A stretch of 64,000 nucleotides of DNA from an uncultured Clostridia bacterium (GCA_944360115.1 CALVTH010000003.1:6746-70745); one strand, 5' to 3'; shown: positions 28,283-38,366, counted from the stretch's first letter. Numbers and translations: made by a program. The notes: a model not told the origin generated them from the sequence alone.

Positions 28283-30550
28283 TCATTTCTTTTCTATTTT
28301 GTTGAGTTCCTTGTTGACATTGTACAGATACTCCGCGGGCACGCCTCCCGCCTTGGCGGCTATGCTCTCCACCGTCATGCCGCTGACGAGACGGAGCAGA
28401 CCCTTGCTGAGCTTGAAAGGCAGCTCCCTGCCGCGCGCTTTCATTTCGGCGACGGCTTTCTCGGCAAGACTCATTATGAGCGCCTCGCCCTCTTCGGTGG
28501 CGATGATATCGCCTATTTTGTCCTTGACGGAAAACCTACCCTCGGGATACTCGAACTCGTAGCGCACGCCGTCCTTCTCGAACCAGTTGACGACCTCGGT
28601 GCTCTCGGGCGGCAAAGCGTAATCCGCAACGGGCTTGCGCACGCGCCTGAACACCGCCTCGTCGCGGCACTCTCCCGCAACCGCCGTCACGCGGGTGGCG
28701 CCGAGAAGCCGCAGCGGCACGGCAAATTCGAACACTCTTTTGCCCGTCTTCCGCGCGAACTCCCTGCCGTCCACGAAGAGCACGACTTCGCTCTGATTTG
28801 AATAAACTTTGACTTTAGTGACCTTTTCCGCGCGTTTAACATAGCGTTTTGACGCAATGTGCACAAACGGCTCGTCCGACCACGCCGCCTTGTAGAGGTA
28901 GAAAGAGTCCTTCTTCGTCTTGCGGTCGTAGGTGACGAGACCTTTGTTGTTGCGCCCGCTGACGCCGCCTTCGCTCCTGCCGTCCACGGCGAAATCGAAC
29001 ATATTCCACAGGTGCGTCGCCCAGAGATAGGGACGCTCCTCGATTATCCTCAGGAGGTTTTCGTGATAGTACGCCTGGTACTCCTCGGAGTAGTCGCCCT
29101 GTTTCGGCGCGGAGGAATGAAGTCTGAGCACTGCCTCGCAACCGTATTCCGAAATGCCGACAGGGCGGTCGGGATATCTGGCGCGGAAGTCGTCGAACCA
29201 TTTGGCGTTGTCCTCCACCATGCCCATATACCAACCGAAATAGTGATTGTAGGACATGGTGTCGGTAATGCGGGTGAGTTCGGAGTCGGGGTCGAGCATG
29301 GTGACATTGGCGACCGTCGTCAGGCGCGTGGGGTCGAGCGAATGGGCAATGTCGTTGAGCCGCCTGTGCAGGGCGACGATTTCGGGCTTTTCGCCGCCTA
29401 TGGTTATTTCGTTGCTCAGCCCCCACACCGCTATGCTCGGGTGATTGAAATTCTGCACGATGAGTTCGCGCAGCTGGTTTTCGGCGTTGGCGTCGCCCCT
29501 TTCAAGGTGCGCCGAGATATAGGGTATCTCCGCCCATACCACCAGCCCCAGCCTGTCGCACAGCGAATAGAACCTTTCGTCCTGCTGATAATGGGCAAGT
29601 CGCACGGTGTTGGCGCCCACCTCGCAGATGAGCGCGGCGTCCTCCTCGTGCTCTTTCATGGTTATCGCCCAGCCCATATCCTGCCTGTCCTGATGACGGC
29701 ACACGCCGCGCAGGGGATAACGCCTGCCGTTGAGCACAAAACCGTCCTTGTCGACGGCAACCGTCCTTATGCCGAATTCCGTCGTTCTGTCGTCGACGGT
29801 TTCCCCGTCGGCGACGAGACTCACCTCCGCGGTGTAGAGGGCGGGATTCTTCCTGCCCTCCCAGAGGTGCGCGTCCCTGACGGTGAATGTAATCCCGCAC
29901 TTCTCGGCCGCGGCGACTTCTCCCGCCGCCACCTCTTCGCCCGCGAAAACAAGCCTGACGCGCACTTTCTGTCCCGCGCGGGGCGAGGTGACAAAAGCGC
30001 GCACGGCAACCTCCGCCGAGCCGTCCGCTTGCGGCACGGAAGTCACCGTAACGCCGCTGCCACCGTAATAGTCGAGGTCCAATCTGCTCTCTCCCGCTTC
30101 CAGGAGATAAACATCGCGGTATATGCCGCCGAAGAAAGTGAAGTCCGCGCTCTGCGGATACACATAATCGTTGGGCGAATTGTCGGCGACGACGGCAATC
30201 GTATTCTCGCCGTCGGCGAGCGCGGCGGTGACATCGGCACGGAATGCGCCGAAGCCGCCCTCGTGACGGACGACCCTGACGCCGTTGACATACGCCTCGG
30301 CAATGCTGCTTACGCCCTTGAATTCCAGATAATACGCCCTGCCCGCCGTTTTGCGGACGGTGAGCGGACGGGTGTAAAGGCAGGCGCAGCGGAGATAATC
30401 TCCACCGCCGTCCTGTCCGTCGAGATTGTTCCAGGTGTGCGGCAAATTTCTCTTTTCACCGACGGCGCCTTTGACCCCGTCGGGCGTGCCGACGCCTTTG
30501 TAAAATGTCCAACCGTCGTTGATAAGAGTCCTTTTCACTGCGTCCTCCAT
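28283..30550 (-). CDS. Glycoside hydrolase family 2, beta-glucuronidase-like, with an extra C-terminal domain
   Basis: GH2 motifs: WGLSNE (acid/base), ISEYGCEA (nucleophile). RNNKGLVTYDRKTKK resembles the glucuronidase N-x-K motif. The start is uncertain: ATG 30550 was chosen, while the track ORF extends to 30673 inside kdgK. Confidence 0.75.
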   Translation of the reverse strand: MEDAVKRTLINDGWTFYKGVGTPDGVKGAVGEKRNLPHTWNNLDGQDGGGDYLRCACLYTRPLTVRKTAGRAYYLEFKGVSSIAEAYVNGVRVVRHEGGFGAFRADVTAALADGENTIAVVADNSPNDYVYPQSADFTFFGGIYRDVYLLEAGESRLDLDYYGGSGVTVTSVPQADGSAEVAVRAFVTSPRAGQKVRVRLVFAGEEVAAGEVAAAEKCGITFTVRDAHLWEGRKNPALYTAEVSLVADGETVDDRTTEFGIRTVAVDKDGFVLNGRRYPLRGVCRHQDRQDMGWAITMKEHEEDAALICEVGANTVRLAHYQQDERFYSLCDRLGLVVWAEIPYISAHLERGDANAENQLRELIVQNFNHPSIAVWGLSNEITIGGEKPEIVALHRRLNDIAHSLDPTRLTTVANVTMLDPDSELTRITDTMSYNHYFGWYMGMVEDNAKWFDDFRARYPDRPVGISEYGCEAVLRLHSSAPKQGDYSEEYQAYYHENLLRIIEERPYLWATHLWNMFDFAVDGRSEGGVSGRNNKGLVTYDRKTKKDSFYLYKAAWSDEPFVHIASKRYVKRAEKVTKVKVYSNQSEVVLFVDGREFARKTGKRVFEFAVPLRLLGATRVTAVAGECRDEAVFRRVRKPVADYALPPESTEVVNWFEKDGVRYEFEYPEGRFSVKDKIGDIIATEEGEALIMSLAEKAVAEMKARGRELPFKLSKGLLRLVSGMTVESIAAKAGGVPAEYLYNVNKELNKIEKK

Positions 30551-30620
30551 GTCGCGCGGCGGCGCCTGGTGCCGCCCGCGACGACAAACCGTTTCCGCGT
30601 CGCGCACGACGCGGATTGCG

Positions 30621-31640
30621 TTATCTCTGCACTCTGCCGCTGGCGTCGCCGCCCGCGAGCCGCTTGACCTCATCGAGCGTCACTCTGTTGAAATCGCCCT
30701 CAACGGTGTGTTTGAGCGCGCTTGCCGCCACGGCGAATTCGAGCGCGGCTTTGTCCTCCATTCCCTCGCCGAGAGCGTATATCAGCCCCGCCGAGAAACT
30801 GTCGCCGCCGCCCACTCTGTCCACGATGTGGACGGGATAACTGCGGGAATAGTACGCCGCACCGTCCGAGTATATCATCGCGCCCCAGATGTTGTCAGAG
30901 GCGGATATGCTCTCACGGAGCGTGCAGGCGACTTTCTCGAAACCGAATTTATCGGTGAGACGCGCCGCAACCTGCTCGTAGCCCGCCTTATTGAGTTTGC
31001 CGCCCGTGACATTGTTGCCGTCGGGTTTGATGCCGAACACCTTTTCGGCGTCCTCTTCGTTGCCTATGCACACATCGACATAGGGCATGAGCGAGGTCAT
31101 GACCTCGCAGGCGCGAGCGGGGCTCCAGAGGTTTTTGCGATAATTGAGGTCGCAGGACACGGTGACGCGCGCGCGCTTTGCCGCCCGCACCGCGTCGAGG
31201 GTTATCTCCGCCGCGCTTTCGGACAGCGCGGGAGTTATGCCCGAGAAATGGAACCAGTCCGCGCCGTCGAACACGGCGTCCCAGTCGAAATCCTCGCGGG
31301 AAGCCTCGGCTATCGCGGAATGTGCTCTGTCGTAGATGACTTTGGACGGGCGCACGGACGCGCCTTTCTCGAGGTAATATATCCCCATTCTGCCGCCGCC
31401 GCGGACGATGCCCGCGGTATCGACGCCCAGCCCGCGAAGTTCGCGCACGCAGGCCTCGGCTATGTCGTTGGCGGGCAGTCTGGTGACGAACGCCGCGTCC
31501 GCGCCGAATGCCGCAAGCGACACCGCGACATTGGCTTCGCCGCCGCCGAAGGTCGCCTGAAAACGCGGCTCCTGCATAAACCTGAGGTATCCCTCGGGCG
31601 CAAGTCTCAACATTATTTCACCGAACGAAACGACTCTCAT
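30621..31640 (-). CDS. kdgK: 2-dehydro-3-deoxygluconokinase
   Basis: 339-aa product from the ATG at 31640 (MRVVSFGEIMLRL), with the PfkB motifs GGGEANV and VDRVGGGDSF. The start overlaps the eda stop. Confidence 0.85.
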   Translation of the reverse strand: MRVVSFGEIMLRLAPEGYLRFMQEPRFQATFGGGEANVAVSLAAFGADAAFVTRLPANDIAEACVRELRGLGVDTAGIVRGGGRMGIYYLEKGASVRPSKVIYDRAHSAIAEASREDFDWDAVFDGADWFHFSGITPALSESAAEITLDAVRAAKRARVTVSCDLNYRKNLWSPARACEVMTSLMPYVDVCIGNEEDAEKVFGIKPDGNNVTGGKLNKAGYEQVAARLTDKFGFEKVACTLRESISASDNIWGAMIYSDGAAYYSRSYPVHIVDRVGGGDSFSAGLIYALGEGMEDKAALEFAVAASALKHTVEGDFNRVTLDEVKRLAGGDASGRVQR

Positions 31641-32248
31641 TTTGCTGCCTCCGCAATTTCCACCGCCAGCCTCGACAGCCTTTCTATGCCGTCGACGCCC
31701 TCCTTGAACATAAAGCTGCCGCCCACCGCCGCAACGCACGGCAGGGCGAGAAATTCCGCGAGGTTTTTCTCGTCCACTCCGCCCGTCGGCACGAATTTGA
31801 GGTCGGGGAACGCCGCCGACAACGCTTTCAACGCCTTTACGCCGCCGTACACTCCCGCGGGAAAGAATTTGAGCACGGTGAGTCCGCACGCCTTCGCCGC
31901 CATAATCTCGGTGGGGGTGACGACGCCCGCGAGATACGGCAGACCGTATTTCCCGCACACCTCGGCGACCGCGGGAGAAAAGCCGGGCGAAACGATGAAC
32001 TTCGCTCCCGCCGCATACGCCCTCTCGCACTGGTCGGCGTCGGTGACGGTGCCCGCCCCTATCAGCATATCGGGAAACTCCTCGACGGCGAGCGCGATTG
32101 CTTCGGCGGCGCACGCCGTGCGGAAGGTTATCTCCGCGGCGAAAATGCCGCCGCGCTTCAGCGCGGACAATGTGGGGACGGTGTCCTCGGTTTTTTTCAG
32201 CACCACCACGGGCACCACTCTGTTGCTTTCGAGAAAGGAATAGTCCAT
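31637..32248 (-). CDS. eda: KDPG / KHG aldolase
   Basis: 203-aa ORF with EITFRT, GAGTV, KFFPA and PTGGV motifs. AAGGAGGA RBS. Confidence 0.9.
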   Translation of the reverse strand: MDYSFLESNRVVPVVVLKKTEDTVPTLSALKRGGIFAAEITFRTACAAEAIALAVEEFPDMLIGAGTVTDADQCERAYAAGAKFIVSPGFSPAVAEVCGKYGLPYLAGVVTPTEIMAAKACGLTVLKFFPAGVYGGVKALKALSAAFPDLKFVPTGGVDEKNLAEFLALPCVAAVGGSFMFKEGVDGIERLSRLAVEIAEAAK

Positions 32249-32266
32249 ATCTTCCTCCTTAATGCG

Positions 32267-33109
32267 TCACACTCCGCTGTACGCGTTGAAGCCGCCGTCG
32301 ATGGGGATGACGACACCCGTGATGAAAGAGGCTTCCTCGTCGTTGAGCAGCAGTTTGACCGCGCCCATAATCTCCTCCACTTCGCCGAAACGCCCCATGG
32401 GCGTGGCGCGGAGAATCTTGTCCGTGCGCGCGGTCGGCGAGCCGTCCTTGTCGAAGAGAAGCGCGCGGTTCTGGTTGGTGACGAAAAACCCGGGGGCGAT
32501 TGCGTTGACGCGTATGCCCGCGGGCGCGAAGTGCACGGCAAGCCATTCCGTGAAATTGCTGATTCCCGCCTTCGCCGCGCTGTACGCGGGAATTTTGGTG
32601 AGCGGGGTGTAGGCGTTCATCGAAGAGATGTTGAGCACCGAGCAACCCTGTCTCCCCACCATTTTTTCCACGAACACCTGCGTGGGCAGGAAAGTGCCGA
32701 TGAAATTGAGCTCGAACACAAAACGCACGCCGCCGTCCTCGAGAGCGAAGAAATCCTTGCCCACCTTGACATCGGGCAGACAGAATTCGTTGTCCGTGGT
32801 GGCGCGGGGGTTGTTGCCGCCCGCCCCGTTGATGAGGATGTCGCACAGCCCGAAATCCTTTTCCACGGCGTCGCGCACGGCGAGAAGGCTGGCTTTGTCC
32901 AGCACATTGCACTTGTAGGCGCGCGCCTTGCCGCCCGCGGCGTCGATGTCAGCCGCGACAGCCGCCGCCGCTTCTTCGTTGAGGTCGAGAAGAGCCAGAT
33001 TCGCGCCCGACGGAGCCAGCGCGCGCGCAATGGCGCCGCATATAACGCCGCCCGCGCCCGTTATGACGACCGTCTTGCCGCTGAGATCGATGTCGAATTT
33101 TTTGCCCAT
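32267..33109 (-). CDS. uxuB: SDR-type D-mannonate (fructuronate) oxidoreductase
   Basis: 280-aa SDR (TGAGGVICG, YSAAK), positioned between uxuA and eda as in other Firmicute uronate clusters. Confidence 0.7.
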   Translation of the reverse strand: MGKKFDIDLSGKTVVITGAGGVICGAIARALAPSGANLALLDLNEEAAAAVAADIDAAGGKARAYKCNVLDKASLLAVRDAVEKDFGLCDILINGAGGNNPRATTDNEFCLPDVKVGKDFFALEDGGVRFVFELNFIGTFLPTQVFVEKMVGRQGCSVLNISSMNAYTPLTKIPAYSAAKAGISNFTEWLAVHFAPAGIRVNAIAPGFFVTNQNRALLFDKDGSPTARTDKILRATPMGRFGEVEEIMGAVKLLLNDEEASFITGVVIPIDGGFNAYSGV

Positions 33110-33181
33110 ATACCGTCTCCTTCCGAACCGCGGCGCAAACCCGCTTCCGCGCGTCGCGCCGTCCCGTCCGTCAAGCCTGTT

Positions 33182-34231
33182 TTACTTTTTTTCTTTCATG
33201 CGGCGGAAGGTCTCCCAAACGCCGTTGATGTAACTGGCGCCCAGCGCGCGGTCGAAAAGTCCGTACCCGGGCTTGCCCGTCTCGCCCCATATCATTCTGC
33301 CGTGGTCGGGACGGACATATCCGTCGTAGTCGCAGTCGCTGAGGGCTTCGATTATGCCGATTATGTCGAGCGAGCCGCAATTCTGGTCGTGCGCCGTCTC
33401 CTCGAAACCGCCCTCGACGAGCCTGATGTTGCGGATGTGCATGAAATGTATCCTGCCCATGGCGGCGTATTTCCGCACGAGCGCGGCGACATCGGTATTC
33501 CTGTCCGCGCCGAGCGAGCCCGTGCAGAGGGTGAGTCCGTTGTAGGGGCTGTCGACGAGTTTGAGGAAGCGGTCGATGTTTTTCTCCGAGGTGATGATAC
33601 GCGGCAACCCGAAAATGCCCCACGGCGGGTCGTCGGGATGTATCGCCATTCTGACATCGCACTCCTCGGCGACGGGGATTATGCGAGAGAGGAAATAGCC
33701 GAGATTTTCGAACAATTTCTCGTCATCCACGGCTTTATACTGCTCAAACAGATGCTTCAAGTCCTCTTTGCGATAACTGCTGTCCCAGCCGGGGAGCGAC
33801 AGTTCGCCGTTGAGCGGGTCCATTTTCGCCAGCTGATCGGCATAGTACACCAGACTGTTGCTGCCGTCCGCCGCCACCTTGTCCAGCTGGGTGCGCGTCC
33901 AGTCGAACACGGGCATGAAGTTGTAGCAGATACATTTCACGCCCGCCCTGCCCAGTCGCCTTATGTTCTCGATGTAGGCGTCGATGTACTTGTCGCGGGT
34001 GGGCAACCCCAGTTTGATGTCCTCGTGCACGGGCACGCTTTCGATGACTTCCATTTTCAGCCCGTGAGACTCCGCGGCGTGTTTGAGCGCGAGTATGCTC
34101 TCGTTGCTCCACACCTCGCCGACGGGCACATCGTACACCGCTGTCACGACGCTGTACATATTGGGAATCTGCCTGATGTAGTCGAGGGGAATTCTGTCGC
34201 CCTCGCCGTACCAACGGAAGGTCATTTTCAT
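33182..34231 (-). CDS. uxuA: Mannonate dehydratase
   Basis: 349-aa ORF starting MKMTFRWYG, with a [13 protein letters not shown] motif. The start overlaps the uxaC stop (ATGA). Confidence 0.9.
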   Translation of the reverse strand: MKMTFRWYGEGDRIPLDYIRQIPNMYSVVTAVYDVPVGEVWSNESILALKHAAESHGLKMEVIESVPVHEDIKLGLPTRDKYIDAYIENIRRLGRAGVKCICYNFMPVFDWTRTQLDKVAADGSNSLVYYADQLAKMDPLNGELSLPGWDSSYRKEDLKHLFEQYKAVDDEKLFENLGYFLSRIIPVAEECDVRMAIHPDDPPWGIFGLPRIITSEKNIDRFLKLVDSPYNGLTLCTGSLGADRNTDVAALVRKYAAMGRIHFMHIRNIRLVEGGFEETAHDQNCGSLDIIGIIEALSDCDYDGYVRPDHGRMIWGETGKPGYGLFDRALGASYINGVWETFRRMKEKK

Positions 34232-35628
34232 TTGACATTACCTCCTGCCGCAAAGAATTTTTCGGCGTTGAAATAGCATATATTGCGCGCAGTTTCGACG
34301 AGCGACCCGTCGTCGGGGCACTCGCCCGCTTCCGCCCACTCGCCCAGCACGGAACAGAGTATGCGACGGAAATAGTCGTGGCGGGCATAGGACACGAAAC
34401 TGCGGGAATCGGTCAGCATACCGTTGAAATATCCCAGCCCGCCCGTGGAAGCGAATATCTTCAGTTGCTCGCGTATGCCGTCGCGATGGTCCATGAACCA
34501 CCACGCCGCGCCCAGTTGCAGTTTGCCGCGGGTGTCTCCCGCGAAGTTGCCCAGCATCGTCGCAAGCGGATAATAGGACGGGGCGTTCAGGGTGTAGACG
34601 ATTGTCTTGGGCATGCCGCCGTCTCTCTCAATCGCGTCGAACAGCCTGCCCGCCGCCTCGATGTCGAGAGCGTCGCCCACGCTGTCTATGCCGCAATCGG
34701 CACCGATTGTCTCGAAGCGTTTGCCGTTCTGATTGCGGAGCACGCCCGTATGAATCTGCATAACTATACCGCGCTCGCGGAAAAGACGCGCCAGCGCCTC
34801 GGTGACCGCAAAGGCGTATTCGCCGCACTCGCGCCCGTCGGGAGTCTGCCCCGCGAGCCGTTTGGCAAACGCCGTTTCGGCGGCGGCGCGGTCTCCCCTG
34901 CCCGCGAAATTCTTGAACGACAAATCGGCGGCGGGCGCGCCGTGCGCCACGAAAAAGTCCAGCCTGTCGGCGAGCGCCGCAACGACATCGTCGACGCAAT
35001 TTATCTTTCTGCCGACCGCCTTGCCGAGCGCGGCGATGTATTCGGCGAAGCCGTCCTTCTCGATGTTTATCGCCTTGTCGGGACGGAAACAGGGAAGCAC
35101 GGAGAAAGACAGATTTTCAGCGGCCAGCTTCTCGTGGAAAGCGAGGTCGTCGACGGGGTCGTCGGTGGTGACCACGGCTCTGACGCCCGAACATTCGATG
35201 AGCCTGCGCGCCGAAAAAGAGCCGTCCGCCATTGCGCGCTCCGTCGCGTTCCAGATTTCGTCCGCCGTCGCGGGAGACAGCGGAAGGGTTATGCCGAAAT
35301 ATTTCTTGAGTTCGAGGTGCGCCCAGTGATAGACGGGATTGCCCACGAACTCGGGCAGCGCGGCGGCGAAAGCGTCGAACTTCTCGCGGGCGGGAGCGTC
35401 TCCCGTCACCAGTCTTTCGGGCACGCCCGCCTGCCGCATTACGCGCCACTTGTAATGGTCGGCGGCAAGCCACAGCTCCGTCAGGTTGAAAAACCTGCGG
35501 TCGGAGTGGATTTCTTCGGGCACGAGATGACAATGATAGTCGAAAATCGGAAGGTCTTTGACTGCGGAATAAAGCCGCTCCGCCGCGGGGTTGGTCAACA
35601 GATAACCGTCAGACATAAAAGCTTTCAT
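34228..35628 (-). CDS. uxaC: Glucuronate isomerase
   Basis: 466-aa ORF with PIFDYHCHL and ADHYKWR motifs. Confidence 0.9.
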   Translation of the reverse strand: MKAFMSDGYLLTNPAAERLYSAVKDLPIFDYHCHLVPEEIHSDRRFFNLTELWLAADHYKWRVMRQAGVPERLVTGDAPAREKFDAFAAALPEFVGNPVYHWAHLELKKYFGITLPLSPATADEIWNATERAMADGSFSARRLIECSGVRAVVTTDDPVDDLAFHEKLAAENLSFSVLPCFRPDKAINIEKDGFAEYIAALGKAVGRKINCVDDVVAALADRLDFFVAHGAPAADLSFKNFAGRGDRAAAETAFAKRLAGQTPDGRECGEYAFAVTEALARLFRERGIVMQIHTGVLRNQNGKRFETIGADCGIDSVGDALDIEAAGRLFDAIERDGGMPKTIVYTLNAPSYYPLATMLGNFAGDTRGKLQLGAAWWFMDHRDGIREQLKIFASTGGLGYFNGMLTDSRSFVSYARHDYFRRILCSVLGEWAEAGECPDDGSLVETARNICYFNAEKFFAAGGNVK

Positions 35629-35663
35629 AAATTCCCCTCTTGACGACTATTGTACACCTCAGT

Positions 35664-35707
35664 TTTTTGCAAGTAAATTGTCGTTTTTGACAAAATACTT
35701 GCAAAAA
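35664..35707. promoter_or_regulatory. 44-bp imperfect palindrome (candidate operator) in the uxaC/araC divergent region
   Basis: TTTTTGCAAGTAAATTGTC-GTTTTT-GACAAAATACTTGCAAAAA, with 17 of 19 arm positions complementary. Confidence 0.5.
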
Positions 35708-35770
35708 TTGACTTATTATTCTAACATAAGAGATGTAATAAAACGGGCGCGAAGGCGGAGGAGTGCGTAT

Positions 35771-36652
35771 ATGCGCGAGACGGGTGCCGTCTCGAAATGG
35801 AGTTCGTCGCAGTTGATGACGAACCGCAATTACGAGATAAACTACTACAGCGACAAGGATTTCTCGTCGGTGAGCCTGCACAGCCACGACTTCTTCGAGC
35901 TGTATTTTTTCATCGCGGGCGACGCCAGTTACATCATCGAGAACGGACATTACCGCCTGAGCACGGGCGACATTCTGCTCATCTCCCCCGACAATCTGCA
36001 CCAGCTCGACATCGACGACAGCCGCGCGACCTACGAGCGCATAGTGCTGTGGCTCAATCCCCGTTATGTCAAACGCCTGTCCACGGCGGCGACCGACCTT
36101 GCGGAATGTTTCGCCGCCTGTGCTCGCCGCAAGGATTTTCTACTGCGCGACAAAGAGGTGTCGGCGCGGGTGGAAGCCCTGCTCTTCGACCTGTACGACA
36201 GGCAGTCGCGTGTGGAATACGGCGACGATGTTGAATGCGAAATCATCATCCGCGAGGTGTTGCTCACGCTTGCCCGCCGGTTGCGCGGCGACTCCCCGAG
36301 GGAGAACGACGACCGCGGACGCGTGGGCGCCGACCGCACGGTGTCAGAGGTCATAGACTACATCGAAGCGCACATCACCGAGGACCTGTCCCTGGACAGC
36401 GTGGCGGAAAGGGTGTTCCTCAACAAATTTTATCTTGCCCGACTTTTCAAGAAAGAGACCAACACCACCCTGCACCGTTTCATCCTCAAGAAACGGTTGC
36501 TGCTCTCCAAAAAATTCATAGAAAACGAACTGCCCATAGTCGAGGTGTGCAGGCGCAGCGGCTTCAACGACTACTCCCACTTTTTCCGCGCTTTCAAGAA
36601 CGAATACGGCATAACTCCGAAACAGTATCACGCCCTCGTCACCGAGCGCTGA
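35771..36652 (+). CDS. AraC-family transcriptional regulator (cupin + HTH)
   Basis: The ATG at 35771 has GGAGGAG upstream. Cupin-like N-terminus (HSHDFFELYFF) and a C-terminal AraC HTH (GFNDYSHFFRAFK). Confidence 0.85.
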   Translation: MRETGAVSKWSSSQLMTNRNYEINYYSDKDFSSVSLHSHDFFELYFFIAGDASYIIENGHYRLSTGDILLISPDNLHQLDIDDSRATYERIVLWLNPRYVKRLSTAATDLAECFAACARRKDFLLRDKEVSARVEALLFDLYDRQSRVEYGDDVECEIIIREVLLTLARRLRGDSPRENDDRGRVGADRTVSEVIDYIEAHITEDLSLDSVAERVFLNKFYLARLFKKETNTTLHRFILKKRLLLSKKFIENELPIVEVCRRSGFNDYSHFFRAFKNEYGITPKQYHALVTER

Positions 36653-36683
36653 CGCGGCTCGGAACAGTTGCGACAAAATAACG

Positions 36684-36708
36684 AAAACCGCGCTTTAACC
36701 GCGGTTTT
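36684..36708. terminator. Bidirectional intrinsic terminator
   Basis: AAAACCGCG-CTTTAAC-CGCGGTTTT. Confidence 0.6.
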
Positions 36709-36933
36709 CAATGTTTTATCTCCCGTTTTTGCACATTGATCCCTGTCGTCGCCACACAGTCTTCTGCCCGAAGAAACGGCGGAAACCGAACGCGGAAGCG
36801 ACCGAAAACGGGCAATCCGTCGGGCGAAAAAAAGCGTGAAACAGGGACGCGGAAGCGGGCGTCCGAGACGCCCGCGAAAGACTTATTCAAGCCGTCATAC
36901 CGTACTTTGCGCCGCTCCGACGGGCGGCGTTTT

Positions 36934-38352
36934 TCACGCGGTCACCCTGCCCTGTTCGCTGTCTATGACATAGAGGATGTCGGCTTCCTCGCCCGTCATC
37001 GCGTCGATGTAGACATAGTAGGTGCCGCCGCTTTCGCACTCGAATTCGTAGGCGAGCACTTCCCTGGTTTCTTCGAGAGGAATGAGACACAGCTCGGCAC
37101 CCGACACCGTCGGCAACACCACCTTCGCCGCCGCTTCGCCCGCCGTAAGCGTCGGCGCGGGAAGCGCGCGCTCGGTGTGATTGAACACATAATGCGCCGC
37201 GTCCAGTCCCGTCACCGCACCGCGCTTTTCGTCCACCTTGACCTTGACGAGGTCGGGGTAAAGCACCACGCCGTCCTCGACGGGGGCGAGGTTGACATAC
37301 ACCGTGCCCTGCGAGAGCGAGCACCACACCACGCGCATATCGTCGTAGCCCGCGTTGGCGGCGAAACGGAGCGCGGCGGCGCAATGCTGAGGATAGCCGA
37401 CCTCCGTCGCCGCGACGGCGTAATCGACATTGCACGCGACGAGCAACCCGCCTCTTTCGGAGAGTTGCGCGAAGCCGCTGCCGCCGTCAACCGCGAATGT
37501 GTAGTTGAGGGTGACTATGTCCCCTTCCGTGCGGTCGTAAAAGGCTATGTCGCGCGCTTCGGGGATATAGTCGGCGAGCAGTTCCGCCCCGAGGGCTTTA
37601 TCTATGTCGTCCAGTCCGTCCAGCGCCTTGCAGTCCCTGTCTTCGAGAGCGTCCGAAAAGGGTCCGTCGTATATCATCTGAGGATATTCGAAGCTGGGCT
37701 CGGCGAACTCGTCGAAAGAGGACGCAAAGCCGTCGATAAGCCCGTTTTCGCCCGTGAACACCTTCCCGCTCATCATAGCGTCGCGGGTGTCGGAGAGGGC
37801 TTTCTTGAACGCGGCGGCGACATCGCGCATTTTGCCGAGGGTTTCGGCTTCTTCCGCCGTCAAAGGCTCGCCGTCGCCCATTTCCTCGGCAAGGCAGCGG
37901 GCGTAATCGCCCACCTGCCCCAGAAATTTGTTGGCTTTCATAATGCCTTCCGTGCCGCCTTCGAACGCCGCGAGACTGGCGGAAGCCGAGGTCGCCGTCT
38001 GCCACACGCCGTACAACAAATCGCGCTGGGCTTCCGCCGTCGAAGCCGCGCGCAGTTTGGCAAGGCGCAGGTCGAGATCGTTGGCGCTGTCGAGAAGGTC
38101 GTAATAACTCCTCGAATACACCGCCTCCATACTTCTGATATAACTCTCCTGCGTGGCGTTTCTGGTCTCGCTGTAGTACAGCGCGACGGACAGCGCCGCT
38201 ATCGCCGAAGCCGACAGCGCTATCACCGCGCTCATCAGCGCCGTGCGCACGCGGCGCTTGGTCTTTGCCTTCGCCTGCGCGCTCCTGCCGTTTTCGGCGG
38301 GCTCGCACTCGGGCGAATTGACTGCCGCTCTGGTGTCTTTTTTGCCGTTCAT
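36934..38352 (-). CDS. ypeB: Germination protein YpeB (PepSY domains)
   Basis: 472-aa ORF directly downstream of sleB, with an N-terminal TM segment and YpeB-like architecture. Confidence 0.8.
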   Translation of the reverse strand: MNGKKDTRAAVNSPECEPAENGRSAQAKAKTKRRVRTALMSAVIALSASAIAALSVALYYSETRNATQESYIRSMEAVYSRSYYDLLDSANDLDLRLAKLRAASTAEAQRDLLYGVWQTATSASASLAAFEGGTEGIMKANKFLGQVGDYARCLAEEMGDGEPLTAEEAETLGKMRDVAAAFKKALSDTRDAMMSGKVFTGENGLIDGFASSFDEFAEPSFEYPQMIYDGPFSDALEDRDCKALDGLDDIDKALGAELLADYIPEARDIAFYDRTEGDIVTLNYTFAVDGGSGFAQLSERGGLLVACNVDYAVAATEVGYPQHCAAALRFAANAGYDDMRVVWCSLSQGTVYVNLAPVEDGVVLYPDLVKVKVDEKRGAVTGLDAAHYVFNHTERALPAPTLTAGEAAAKVVLPTVSGAELCLIPLEETREVLAYEFECESGGTYYVYIDAMTGEEADILYVIDSEQGRVTA

Positions 38353-38366
38353 ATTCTTCCTCCTGT

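Noticed and set aside
30551-30673. Extension of the GH2 ORF to ATG 30673.
   Set aside because: It would overlap the 3' end of kdgK by 53 nt and add an R/A-rich segment unlike GH2 N-termini. However, ATG 30550 has no clear SD, so the start is flagged as uncertain.
36708-36890. 60-aa minus-strand ORF, and purine-rich plus-strand sequence, in the araC/ypeB convergent spacer.
   Set aside because: There is no RBS, the composition is low-complexity, and the region is better explained as the C-rich 3' UTR of ypeB with hairpins (GCGGGCGTC-N3-GACGCCCGC; CGCCGC-N8-GCGGCG).
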